Shown here: in pieces, positions 33,501-43,292 of the stretch
Layout: each line of letters starts with the position of its first letter
How positions within the stretch are numbered: the first letter of the stretch is position 1
From: Podarcis muralis
Taxonomy: Eukaryota
Reading direction: 5' to 3'
Length of the DNA stretch: 64,000 nucleotides
Assembly: GCF_964188315.1 (NCBI RefSeq)
Contig: NC_135667.1
Coordinates: 6,386,001-6,450,000, forward strand
Position numbers and translations under genes: made by a program
The notes under the pieces: model-generated
The model's input: the letters and a program-made list of their open reading frames with translations, nothing else
What the model was told of the DNA's origin: nothing
The model's database searches: none

Positions 33501-36500
33501 GCCACCTCTGGAGATGAAGGATCGAGGTTGATCAGCCTCACAGGGTTGTTGTGAGAGCAAGAAAAACGGAGGCAGGGAGGCGAAGGTTTGAGACACGTAG
33601 GTTTTGAACGCAGTAAAAATACTGCTCACGGAAAGAGCTTCCGTGTAGGACCAGAAACGGGGGGAATCTGTGATTTGCCGGGATCTGATCTGTTGCTGCC
33701 CCCAGTGGCGTAGCGTGGGTTGTCAGCACCCGGGGCAAGGCAAGTAATTTGCGCCCCCTAACCCGTGGATTTGCGCCCCCTAACCTGTGGATTTGCCCTA
33801 ACCCCAGATGTTGCGCCCGGTGCGGCCGGCCCCCCCCTGCACCCCCCACGCTACGCCACTGGCTGCCCCACAATCTCGAGGTCCAGACCCCCAACCCAAA
33901 TCATAGCTGTCAACTTACAAATTTGAAAATAAGGGGCCAGCAGCCTCGAAAATAAGGGATCAGCAGCCAAAATAAGGGATTTTCCAAGCACAGGTAGGTT
34001 CAACTTCTGAGCCCCTCCGAGCCAAAGGCAGAAAGCCCAGCCAGCAGCCAAACGAAGCCTCAAGCCGTGGTTCCCACAGCGCAGCAACCCGGCAAAGGGG
34101 ATGCAGCAAGGAAAACCACCGTCGCCTCTCCGCTGGGAAGCGCTGAGCAAATGCGAGTCCCCAGGCAACACGGCCGATTTGATTGGCACAAGGCATGCAA
34201 GCTCCACCCCCCAGTCGTTCTTAGACTCCTTATTGGGTGAGCAATGCAGCCAAGCAACCCAGTTGGAGCCTCCCTCCTCCCTGGCCGGCAGTGAGGGAGG
34301 GAGAGGAGCTGCTTCCTTTGAAACCCGGGAAACGTAAAGGACATCGTCAATAAGGGACAGCAGTGGGACACAGCGCTGGGATAAGGGACTTTCCCGCCAA
34401 ATAAGGGACAGTTGACAGATATGACCCAAATCCCCTGCCCCACTCGCCTCCCGCTGCTTGCGACGCTCCTCGTCCTTCTTGGGGTCAGGGATAGGGATGT
34501 CCAACTCGACGCGAAGCGAAATCAGGTCCGAGACATTCAGTTCGGGGGACTGGGGGGGGGGGGGAGAGAGAGAGAGAGAGATGAAGGAACAGGCTTTGCA
34601 ATTCCCCACTTCTCGTTGCTGCCCCTAATATCCGAGTCTTGGAGCGGGGTGTTCCTTAGATATTACTATTATTATTATTATTATTATTATATAATTTTTA
34701 TTGATTTTAACATATAGATTATAAAATGTACCACAAAACTTATCACTTATACAATCTTTTTAGACTTCCATCAGCACCTCTGATGATCCACCGTTTTAAC
34801 CACTTCTTATGCGTTTCTTAACTTTATATTGCCTTTACATCTCTTAACAAATCATCCTTCCCCTTCTCCATTTTGGCAATACTTCCAATAATACTCCTCA
34901 CAAAACTTTCTGGGATTGGTCTTGATCTACAGGATGGGAATTTCAAAAGTCTTTATAAGGCCTTGCACGCCATTTTTGTGGATCCTCCTCCTTTCCTGCG
35001 TGTGAGGGGAGCACCCTGTTGCAACAGATCAATAAAGATCAAGCTTACTAGCTACTTTGCTTCTCAATATTCTCTGGCTGGCCTCTGTTATTTTCTCCTA
35101 CCAATAGGGAACTCAAGCCAGGACTCTATATGGGCTTTTGGATACCCCATAAGGGAAAAGGGCAATTTTTGTTTACAACAAAAGCATGTCTAGAATTGCA
35201 ACCTGGAGTCAATTTAAGCCCCGCCTTTCAGTAGCAAGCATTCCTCCGTTCGAAATATTAGTTTTGATCCCTTCATAAAATTATAGAACACCATTCTGAT
35301 TTTTTTCCTTGTCTTCCCTCACATTATTCCAATCCAAGCCCTTTAGATTTCAGAACCGTTAACTCTGTAGTGTCCAAAATCGCATTTGGTTCTCCCAAAT
35401 CTTGGGGGGGAAATCTCAGCTGATCATTTGCAACAATTCCCTTTGCAATTTCCTATTTTTCTTTTAAATGCTGGCTGCAGAAAACCATTTGCAACCCCTG
35501 TGCTGCCTGCATTCCAAAACCCGCAAGGAAGTTTTTACCTTGAGAAAATTACTGAGCTCCACAATCTTTTCTGGGAAGCGTCTGGCAACAAGTTCTTCAG
35601 CCTTGGGGAAGATAAGAGATTGTGGAGGAGTGAGAAAAAGGCCTTAGACAAGAGAAATATCGGAGGACAAGGGGAATGAAAACTCTGGCAGATTAAAAGA
35701 GAAGCGGGGAGGGAAACAGATGCACATTCGCACAACCGTCCAAAATAAAATAAAATGCAAAGTCACAGGAAGCAGCTCCACTCTGTGGAGGCCTAAAATC
35801 TTAGCAGCAAAGCTTATTATATCCAATATTATGGTGGCCAATCTCTGTTTACTCAAAAGGAACTAGAATCTTGTGCAGTTTTGTGGCAAAATCCAAAGCA
35901 GAACCGTTCGGGAATCGAAACGTACCAAAGATGGTTTTAGCTCCTTCTTCTGCTTTAATTCTATGTTAAACCACTGAAAATCAATTTAAAATATTTTTCA
36001 AAAATGGAATGTGAAATGAAAGATATGGCAGCGGGACTCAGAACTTGCCTAGAGGTTACAGACTTTGAAACGGGAATGTGGCCCCCAAAATCCCAAGCGT
36101 GTGGGAATTGCACTCTGCACATGCTCAGTGGCTAAGTGAGGGGTTCGACCATGTCAGCAGAGAGGTAGGCACTGGGGCAGAGATCCAGTTTGGTTTAGTT
36201 TTACCTATTCCACTTCCTAAAGGAATAAGCTTTGGGGGTGCCTCTGTAGGAAAAGCCACAGGGTTTTGGGGGTGCTGGAGGGGAATAGTAAAGAAAACAA
36301 GACGCTTGAGAGCCTCTTACCTGGGTACACAGCTCCTTCTTGAAGGAGTTCACCTGCACAGCGGAAAAAGAGAAAAAAATGAAACTATGGATCAAAAAAA
36401 TGTACAGTCAGGACAATGGCCAGAGGCGTCTGGGCCCCACGCCAGGCCCTCTGGGGCAGCGTCACCCGATCTCCCTGCGCACCTGTTGGCCTCACCGCTC

Positions 36501-37455
36501 GGTCTGCCGCCTGACGAGGCAGAAAACAGGGTGCCGGGGGAATTTAAGGACTATTTGAATAAATATTGTAATATAAAAAATTAGAAATTACTTGAAAGAA
36601 ACAAATCGGGCTAGGATTAAACGACGTTATAATGAAATAAATGGGATTTAGAACGTTCAGGAAAGTGAATAAGATGGGCTATCATTGGAAATGGTTTTGG
36701 TTTAATAATGATATTGGAAAGCTGTTACTTTTAATTACAAGGAAACTCAGAAGGGAGGGATTTGAGGAAGTCAACCAAGATTGGTTGGATTGGTGAAGAA
36801 TTAAGTTTGTTGTTATTGTTTATCTGTTTATTGTTTTTTTTCCTTTTTCGGTTTTTGTGTATCATTTTGCTTTGTGGTTTGTGTTATCTTTGTGGAAAAT
36901 ATAATAACAAATTTATTAAAAAATAAAAGAAAAAAACTGGGTGCCGGTTCCCGCACAGGTGCCCAGCACCCCCATCCAGACCAACCCGCCTTTCCCCCTT
37001 CCTCCAAAGCTGCCGTCCTGCGTGTTGTTCCGGGACAGGACTCAATTCGGATTTTAAGTACCCCCAAATCTCTCCCCCCCTGCGCTCCCCATTTCAGGCA
37101 ACCCCCCTAGAGCCCCCCCCCCCGGTCTCCATTAGACAGGGCAAAGGTGTCATTGCCTAAGAAGGGCAGGTTAGAAACCCCAACTGAGAACTTTCTCCCT
37201 TCCCAGGCCTCCCCCGCAAAAAAGCGAAAGTGAGGGGGGGGGAACCTGTTGGATTTCCGCCTGCCGCGTTCTGAAAAGCGACAGGAGGCTTCCTGCGGGC
37301 GGATTCTGCCTCTGCTCTTGTAGTCCCCCCTTTTAAAAAACACACCCCTAAAACTGAGACCCCCACAAACACACCAGCCTCTCCAGGACACCCCCCCCCA
37401 ATTTATTCCACTTTACCTTCGCCTCGCACTCCGGGGAAACCTCCAAAGTAGCCAT
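21303..37455 (-). CDS. PSME1: Proteasome activator complex subunit 1 (PA28 alpha), 11 coding exons, 252 aa
   Basis: Exons in transcript order: 37417-37455, 36321-36353, 35539-35601, 34448-34549 (GC donor), 32121-32184, 30925-31022, 29357-29425, 27610-27677, 22949-23003, 22623-22709, 21303-21383; total 759 nt. Protein MATLEVSPECEAK...KEEKDSKKEEKDSKK...VPRIEDGNNFGVAVQEKV...GDYRQLVHEIDEAEY...KGMIY*. Confidence 0.96.
21599..21811. mobile_element. Tc1/mariner MITE family C (TIR CAGTGGACCCT)
   Basis: TA-flanked TIRs. Confidence 0.75.
21998..22351 (+). mobile_element. Sauria SINE
   Basis: Consensus match; in PSME1 intron 10. Confidence 0.9.
24863..25450. mobile_element. Tc2/pogo-like MITE (TIR C.GTATTTTT.GCTCTATAAGAC) plus a duplicated right half around a SINE fragment
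   Basis: TIRs at about 24863 and 25122; a repeat of about 140 bp of the right half at 25310-25450. Confidence 0.6.
25123..25305 (-). mobile_element. Sauria SINE, 5' half only
   Basis: Reverse-complement match to the head half; bounded by Tc2-like MITE segments. Confidence 0.8.
26315..26807 (+). mobile_element. Rex1/Babar-like LINE 3' end, interrupted by a BovB micro-insertion
   Basis: RVVKTAERIIGCTLPTLDQIY...HPGNDLFQLLPSGRR...RTSRLRNRFY is typical of the Rex/Babar C-terminus; ends AATAAAGATCGTATCGT. Confidence 0.7.
26582..26651 (-). mobile_element. 70-bp 5'-truncated BovB/RTE 3' end with 11-bp TSD CTCTATGGGAG
   Basis: (CAA)n tail with GGGGTCACGAAGAGTCGGACACGACT on -; TSD at 26571-26581 and 26652-26662. 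Confidence 0.8.
26968..27490 (+). mobile_element. MIR/Squam3-like tRNA SINE carrying two nested insertions (a hAT MITE, and an inverted SINE at 27182-27419)
   Basis: The forward SINE head resumes after the MITE, and again after the inverted copy (CTCAC.GGGTGA.CTTGGGCCAGTCAC). Confidence 0.6.
26989..27124. mobile_element. Palindromic hAT MITE inserted into a SINE A-box; TSD GGTT(G/A)GAG
   Basis: Long TIR CAGGC.TCCTCAACCTCGGCCCTCCAGATGTT; 7/8 TSD match. Confidence 0.75.
28513..29035 (+). mobile_element. Non-autonomous hAT-type element, TIR CATAGCTGTCAAC, 8-bp TSD GCTAGAGG
   Basis: TIRs and a perfect 8-bp TSD (28505-28512 and 29036-29043). Confidence 0.85.
29450..29828 (-). mobile_element. L1 3' end fragment
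   Basis: [20 protein letters not shown], homologous to the 6015 ORF. Confidence 0.7.
30025..30557 (+). mobile_element. L2 3' fragment
   Basis: ORF 30039..30335: LLTFKALHGLGPSYLRDCL...RARAFSTLAPAWWNALP; (ATT)n tail. Confidence 0.82.
30558..30808 (+). mobile_element. Short solo LTR (251 bp) inserted in an (ATT)n L2 tail
   Basis: Termini TG...CA (TGCTGAAG / CTTAACA), CTATATAAG TATA box, AATAAA; ATTATT on both flanks. Confidence 0.65.
32268..32394 (-). mobile_element. tRNA-Lys-like SINE with intact A/B boxes and CR1-like tail
   Basis: On -: TAGCTCAGTCGG...CTCTTAA...GGTTCGAATCC...GGGGTTGGACTGGATGACCCTCAGGATCCCTTCCAA. Confidence 0.72.
33703..33861. mobile_element. Small hAT MITE, TIR CAGTGGCGTAGCGTGGG, 8-bp TSD GCTGCCCC
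   Basis: 17-bp TIR, perfect TSD, internal short tandem repeat GATTTGCGCCCCCTAACC. Confidence 0.8.
33902..34423 (-). mobile_element. Second copy of the CATAGCTGTCAAC hAT-type element, inverted, 8-bp TSD ACCCAAAT
   Basis: Reverse complement aligns over about 520 bp with 28513-29035; perfect TSD. Confidence 0.85.
34690..34905 (-). mobile_element. L1 3' end, near-identical to 5745-5950
   Basis: Direct alignment over about 210 bp with few mismatches. Confidence 0.8.
34908..35180 (+). mobile_element. 5'-truncated copy of the same LTR family in PSME1 intron 3
   Basis: Reverse complement of the 37833-38100 segment; contains TATAA and AATAAA and ends TTACAACA. Confidence 0.7.
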
Positions 37456-37830
37456 GGCGTCGGGTTCAGGCTGCGCAAAACCGGAGTGGCGAGTGGCGGC
37501 TTTTGGGGTTGCAACAGCGAAGGGCCGAACCCCGAAAAAACACCCGGGAGGCGAAGTTGCAAAGTGGCGCGGGAGGCTGGGAGCGGCCGGGGCAAGTCGT
37601 GCATCAAAGCGAAAATGAAAGGGAAGGGGAGGAGAAGAGAAATGGGGAGATGCAACCCGCGCGGAGGAGGAGGAGGCAGGGACTTCCCAACGTTGGGAGG
37701 GGAGGCGCGGGAGGGTCCGGCAGGCAGCCATTCAACAGGGGCAGCTTCTCCCTCTTCTCAAGCAGCGCTGCCTGTTGCATCTCCGGCCCGCAAGGCTCGT
37801 TTTGGGGAAAGCCACCCTGATGGGCGGGGT
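37200..37830 (-). promoter_or_regulatory. PSME1 CpG island promoter with IRF/ISRE-like motifs (about 37606-37622 upstream; about 37220-37232 in intron 1)
   Basis: CpG-rich region around the ATG at 37455. Plus-strand motifs AAAGCGAAAATGAAAG and AAAAGCGAAAGTGAG. Confidence 0.65.
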
Positions 37831-37832
37831 AT

Positions 37833-38734
37833 TGTTGTAAACAAAAACTGCCCTTTTCCCTTATGGGGTATCCAAGAGCCCATATAGAGTCCTTACATAG
37901 GTTCCCTATTGGTAGGAGAGAATAAGAGGCCAACCAGAGGATATTGAGAAGCAAAGCTGCGAGTAAGCTTGATCTTTATTGGTCTGTTGCAACAGGGTGC
38001 TCCCCTCACCTGCAGGAGGGAGGAGGGACCCAGAAAAATGGTGTGCAAGGCCTTATAAAGACTTTTGAAATTCCCATCCTGTAGATCAAGACCAACCCCA
38101 GAAACATCATACATACATCACAGAAAGGGTGTAACCTAAGACCACCCCCAGATACATCACACCTACATCACAGAAAAGGCGGTCTAAAACAGAAATTGTC
38201 CTTGTTTATCTCCTGTCTGGCAGGTTACTTGATTGGATTTCCTGGGTAGCCTGGCCAGTCTTTTGTAATGATAAATACTTAGTTCCTGGGCCAGGTCACA
38301 GGCTCACACCCTATTCAAACACAGACAGGATTTGTGAAAACAAAAAAAATTCCTTCCAGTAGCACCTTAAAGACCAACTAAGTTAGTTCTTGGTATGAGC
38401 TTTCGTGTGCATGCACACTTGGTATCTGAAGAAGTGTGCATGCACACGAAAGCTCATACCAAGAACTAACTTAGTTGGTCTTTATGGTGCTACTGGAAGG
38501 AATTTTTTTTGTTTTGACTGTGGCAGACCAACACGGCTACCTATCTGTAACAGGATTTGTGAAGGAAAAGACAATGGGGAGGCTTTTCCACTTTGACCTT
38601 GCAGAGAAAAGATTTGATCAGTTTAGGAATCAAAATGGTTCCAGGTTGGCCTTCCTGTGTTGATCTATGTATGTGCTTGGTTGGTACACTTATGAACATT
38701 ACCATATATCTAAGACCATAAAATTCCTATTACA
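37833..38734 (-). mobile_element. Solo LTR with 4-bp TSD GTAT, carrying a nested Penelope-like insertion
   Basis: Termini TGT...ACA (TGTTGTAA / CCTATTACA), GTAT on both flanks, TATAA and AATAAA on the minus strand. Confidence 0.75.
38339..38549. mobile_element. Penelope-like insertion forming an inverted-repeat hairpin, 14-bp TSD ACAGGATTTGTGAA
   Basis: Arms of about 84 bp (38337-38420 and 38432-38515) with about one mismatch. CACGAAAGCTCAT...GGTCTTTA.GGTGCTAC resembles reptile Penelope termini. TSD at 38325-38338 and 38550-38563. Confidence 0.7.
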
Positions 38735-39554
38735 GTATAAATACTGTAGTAAAATTATAATAATAATATTATTGGAGCATCTGCTAGGCATGCAGGTGGA
38801 CCCCTGAAGTTCAGTCGTCAACTCAAACCCTGAGATGCTACCAGCCACTGCAAGCAATGCTCGCTGGGCTAATATACATATATATTTAATACAATGTCTT
38901 AAAAGGGGGTGAGGGTGGGGCGCAGAACTTGCCTAGAGGTTGCACTGTGAAACGGGAAGGTGCCCCCCCAAAAAAATCCTGTGTAAGAATGCCAGGAGGG
39001 AATATATTTTACGCTTTTAAAAAAATGACTTTTTCATATACCTACATGCACCCGCAAGGAGTTCAGGCTGGCAAACATGGTTCTTCTGTCTCCTGCTTTC
39101 ATTTGATCCTCACTGCAGCCCTGTGAGGTAGGTTAGCCCGAACGAGGAGGACTGGAAGGTGCGGGGTTTGAATCTGTTTCTCCGGCCGTTTGGCACAGCC
39201 CGATCCGACCACTAGCCCACACTGCCTCCCGAGGATAGGGCTCCCCTTTGCTTCTATGCGGCACGCACCAATTTCTGCAGCTGTCTAATGCACCTCAAAC
39301 TTTGTGCAGAGTTTTCCAGCTGATGTTGCTTTTCAAAATGAGAGGTTGTGGAGTGCGTTTGTCCCGCCTCCATGAAGTTTAGGGGGGTTTTCTGCACCCC
39401 ATTATCCTCACAGCCACTGTCTGGAGTATGCTAGGCCAGAAGATGATGATGATGATGCCGATGCCCTGCCCATCTGACAGGGAGTATAATTTCTGACTCA
39501 AGATAATCCAATCGGCCAAGGAAGGGAAAACAAACAACCCATTTAAAGAATAGA

Positions 39555-39595
<41 letters not shown>

Positions 39596-40285
39596 GGTGG
39601 TGGTATAGGACCTGCCTTTCCCCCTCTGCTTGTGAATGAGCACCAGCTGCCTTAAAAATTGCCACGCTGGGACCTTCCACTTTCAGCCAGTGTCTTTTCC
39701 CAGCAGTAGAGAGAGAGAGAAGGCTTGATTTCTGATAAACAACACAGCTGTCTTGAACTAGCAGGGACTGTGCTTTTCAGCCGGTTGTGGGACATTAGCC
39801 ACCAACATTAAAACAATGTATATCGCGGGCTGGGTTTTCTTAAAAAAAAATTAAAGCCCAATTATGCTAACACTGAACAACATCCTGGTACACCGAGTTC
39901 CACAGGCTGTGTGTGCATTGTGTGAAATTGGTACAACTTAGCCAAGTCAGCTTTTAAGACACAGGCAGACTCTTAGCAGGTTGACGTGGTTTTCAGAGCG
40001 CATCGCTCCAGGTCTGGCATTTCCACCATTTATTAAAATGGTGGAAACTGGATCACTGGGAAGCAAATGGGACTCTGTATATGCTCAGAAACTACTCGAT
40101 CATATACACTGTGCAGTGGAAACACTGGAAATGGAGGGCTGACAGGGATCTAGACCTCAGTGAGGTGGTAGAAGAGCATAGGATTAAGAACTCCGATTAA
40201 AGACATATGCTCACGCGCACAAAATTTATTCCTGAGCCTAGATTTTCTCCTCACACGCCAGTTTCCTTTCCTGCTCTACACTATA

Positions 40286-40508
40286 CAGTGGTACCTCAGG
40301 TTAAGTACTTAATTCATTCTGGAGGTCTGTTCTGAACCTGAAACTGTTCTTAACCTGAAGCACCACTTTAGCTAATGGGGCCTCCTGCTGCCGCCGCACC
40401 ACCGGAGCACGATTTCTGTTCTCATCCTGAAGCAAAGTTCATAACCCGAGGTACTATTTCTGGGTTAGCCTGGGTAACCTGAAGCGTCTGTAACCCGAGG
40501 TACTACTG
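40286..40508. mobile_element. Tc1/mariner MITE family A
   Basis: TA-flanked TIR CAGTGGTACCTC. Confidence 0.85.
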
Positions 40509-40587
40509 TATTAAAAACAAATCTAAACAATCATGTAGCATACAAAAAAGGAAAACTATTTTAGATGTAACGGGGGGAACTATTTGA

Positions 40588-40700
40588 AGCTGGGATAGGT
40601 CAGCAGAACATGAGACTCCTACATCTCAGGGCTGTGGGTTCGAGTCCCAAAAAATCCTGCATTGGAGGGGGTTGGACTAGATGACCCCGGGCTCCCATCC
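40588..40700 (+). mobile_element. tRNA-Lys-derived SINE with CR1-like tail
   Basis: CATGAGACTC...TCTCAGGGCTGTGGGTTCGAG...GGGGTTGGACTAGATGACC. Confidence 0.68.
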
Positions 40701-40808
40701 GATTCTACGACACTTTTAAACACTCAAATCATGGGAAGTGGTACAATTTGGGTCTGCCACCTGCACACAGGATTAAGTCTTGAAACTTGAGCACCCGCTA
40801 CATTGGTT

Positions 40809-41151
40809 GGGGTGCGCTGTGGGTTAAACCACAGAGCCTAGGGCTTGCCGATCAGAAGGTTGGCGGTTCGAATCCCCGCGACGGGGTGAGCTCCTGTTGC
40901 TCAGTCCCTGCTCCTGCCAACCTAGCAGTTCCAAAGCATGTCAAAGTGCAAGTAGATAAATAGGTACCACTCCGGCGGGAAGGTAAACGGCGTTTCCGTG
41001 CGCTGCTCCGGTTTGCCAGAAGCGGCTTAGTCATGCTGGCCACATGACCCAGAAGCTGTACGCCGGCTCCCTTGGCCAATAAAGCGAGATGAGCACCGCA
41101 ACCCCAGAGTCGGCCACGACTGGACCTAATGATCAGGGGTCCCTTTACCTT
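40809..41151 (+). mobile_element. Sauria SINE
   Basis: Consensus match, just downstream of FITM1. Confidence 0.88.
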
Positions 41152-41238
41152 ACATCGGTAGTCTGAATTTCAAGCCCCCCCCCCCCCAAAAAAAAACCAC
41201 ACACAGGACAACGAATATAGAACAGAGCAGGCCTCATC

Positions 41239-41244
41239 TTTATT
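41239..41244 (-). terminator. FITM1 polyadenylation signal AATAAA
   Basis: TTTATT on +, about 72 nt downstream of the FITM1 stop. Confidence 0.55.
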
Positions 41245-41315
41245 TGTCTCTAGGGGGGAGACGAAACCCCTTGGTTGTTCTCCTTTGCCTTCTGGGGTGG
41301 GGGAGTGGGGAGCCC

Positions 41316-43292
41316 TCAGTTCCGTTTCTTGGCCTCCCCGGGGGTCCCCTTGACAAAGAGGCCCGTTCCCGGCCGGCCGGGAGACCAGCGCCACCGGTAC
41401 CAGCCGCGGTAGGTGAGGAACCAGCAGAGGGTGGCGATGGCGGCGCCCACCACCTTGTGGCTGTAGTCGTAGAGGTAGACCACCGTGCAGGCCAGGAGGA
41501 AGTTCCACAGGGCGAGGAGGAAGACGTTGAGGAGGAAGATGAGGCGCAAGGGGACGCCGGCCGGGTGTCCCTGGGCCAGGTAGCGGCGGAAGACGGAGGT
41601 CTCCTCCACCATCAGGAGGCAGCAGAAGGTCAGCAGGAAAGTGTGGCCCGAGACGTCGTAGCCGTGCCACGTGTGGCCCTCGTGTAGACACGTCCACTTG
41701 TCCGGGAGGTTGTTCACCAGGATGCCCTCGGGCACGGGGTCAAAACAGTAGCCGGTGAGGTTTTCGATGAGGAGGAAGGTCTCTGTGGCCCCCAGCCAGA
41801 GCCCGGCCCCCACACCTAGGCGACTGAGGTGCCTCAAGGTGAGCAAAACCCGGTGGGTCGCCAGGTAAACCACCGAAAGGATGAAGCCGCCCAAGAAAAT
41901 GCACGTCCAGCCCCAGGCCGACCGGACAAACTTTCTGCGAGGGAAGAAGAACGGAGGAAAGTTAGCAGGGTGGGGCAGGAAGGCGGTCCGCTGCCCCAAT
42001 GCAGGATTTGGCCCAAATTGGGGAGAGCAGAGGAGCAAAAGGTGAAGCACTTCAAAAAGCGGAACCCCAAGCTGTGGGCCATGGAGGAAGGCAGGAGAAC
42101 TGGCCCCCAAAATAGGGCCACCAAGGAAACAGATGGGCAAGACCCCAAATACATCAAACATCCTGCGTACGAAGCATAACCCGCCTGAGGAAAGTGAACG
42201 GGGGGGGGGGGGGGGGATACAGAATATTTTTCCAATACGTGGCCACAGGGGAGAAAGGTGAACATGAACATGGATGGGAAAATGCTATTTCCCAATACGG
42301 AGGAATGGCAATGGGAACTAACGGATAACTAATAACCGATAGTAACAATTGGGGATTCCCTCTTGGGCTTCTCGTGGGATGAAGAAATGGAGAGCACTGT
42401 GACATTTTGGCTAAAAAGAAATCTGGCTTAGCAGAAAGCAGAGAAGATAGAGACTGAATGTCTTAAATAATCATTTTCTAATGACGGAAAATCAGAAGTT
42501 TCCCCCCTTTATATTTAATGTTTCTCTCTCTGTTCTTTTCCTGTCTCCTTTTCTTGTACCCTTTCTCTCTATCCTCTCATCTTTTTTATTCTATCTGTTC
42601 CAGATAATATTGTATCGTGAAAACTTGAACAAAAATAATTAAAAATGAGTAGTGGGATATGAATCTTTTTAGAGATGTCTGGGACCTGTCAGCCATTCCG
42701 ATATACCGTGACGCATTTGACCCCCAAACTAACAGTTGCGGAAACTTTGCTATGCTGAGCTCCGAACGCACGACTTGTTTTTCAACCGGCGCTCAAAAGC
42801 ACTGGGGATAATAGCGCCTGGTGTGATAGTATTCTGCCCTTGGGAAGAGATTCCCTGCAACTCAAGTCAACGGCTGCATTTGGCCGTCGGAGATCGGATG
42901 CCATCACTTGACCCCAGGATATTCGGTGTGGATGAACCAGGGATTTATCGCTGCTATACAAAGCCTTGTTTTCTGCCAAGCCGGTCTCCCGCCCGCCTCC
43001 CCCTTGCACGCAACCACAAACATGTTTTAAGACCCCCCGAGATCACTCACATGTTGAAGAAGTTATGGTGGTTGGCAAAGATGGCTCGGGGGTTCACGTA
43101 GAACTGCAACAGCGGCCCAAAAATGACCACGGCTGCCAACCAGAGGTGGTAAGCTCGCCGGAGACAGGGCACCCCCAGCAGCCAGGCATACTGGTTGCTC
43201 CAGAAACAAACCAGGCCACGGCAAAGGGCTTGGGCCCAGCCGGCCGCCTTGGCCAGCAGGGAGGTCTTCTTGGCCCCTGATCCCTCTGCCAT
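41316..43292 (-). CDS. FITM1: Fat storage-inducing transmembrane protein 1, 2 exons, 286 aa
   Basis: Exons 43051-43292 and 41316-41934; GT-AG; total 861 nt. Contains NPRAIFANHHNFFNIKFVRSAWGWT and the FIT signature SGHTFLLTFCCLLMVEE. Syntenic between DCAF11 and PSME1. The start Met is chosen by approximate homology and length. Confidence 0.93.

Noticed and set aside
33851-34609. 252-aa minus-strand ORF as a novel protein
   Set aside because: It is PSME1 exon 4 read through into a non-autonomous hAT element; the same pseudo-peptide recurs at 28565..28954.
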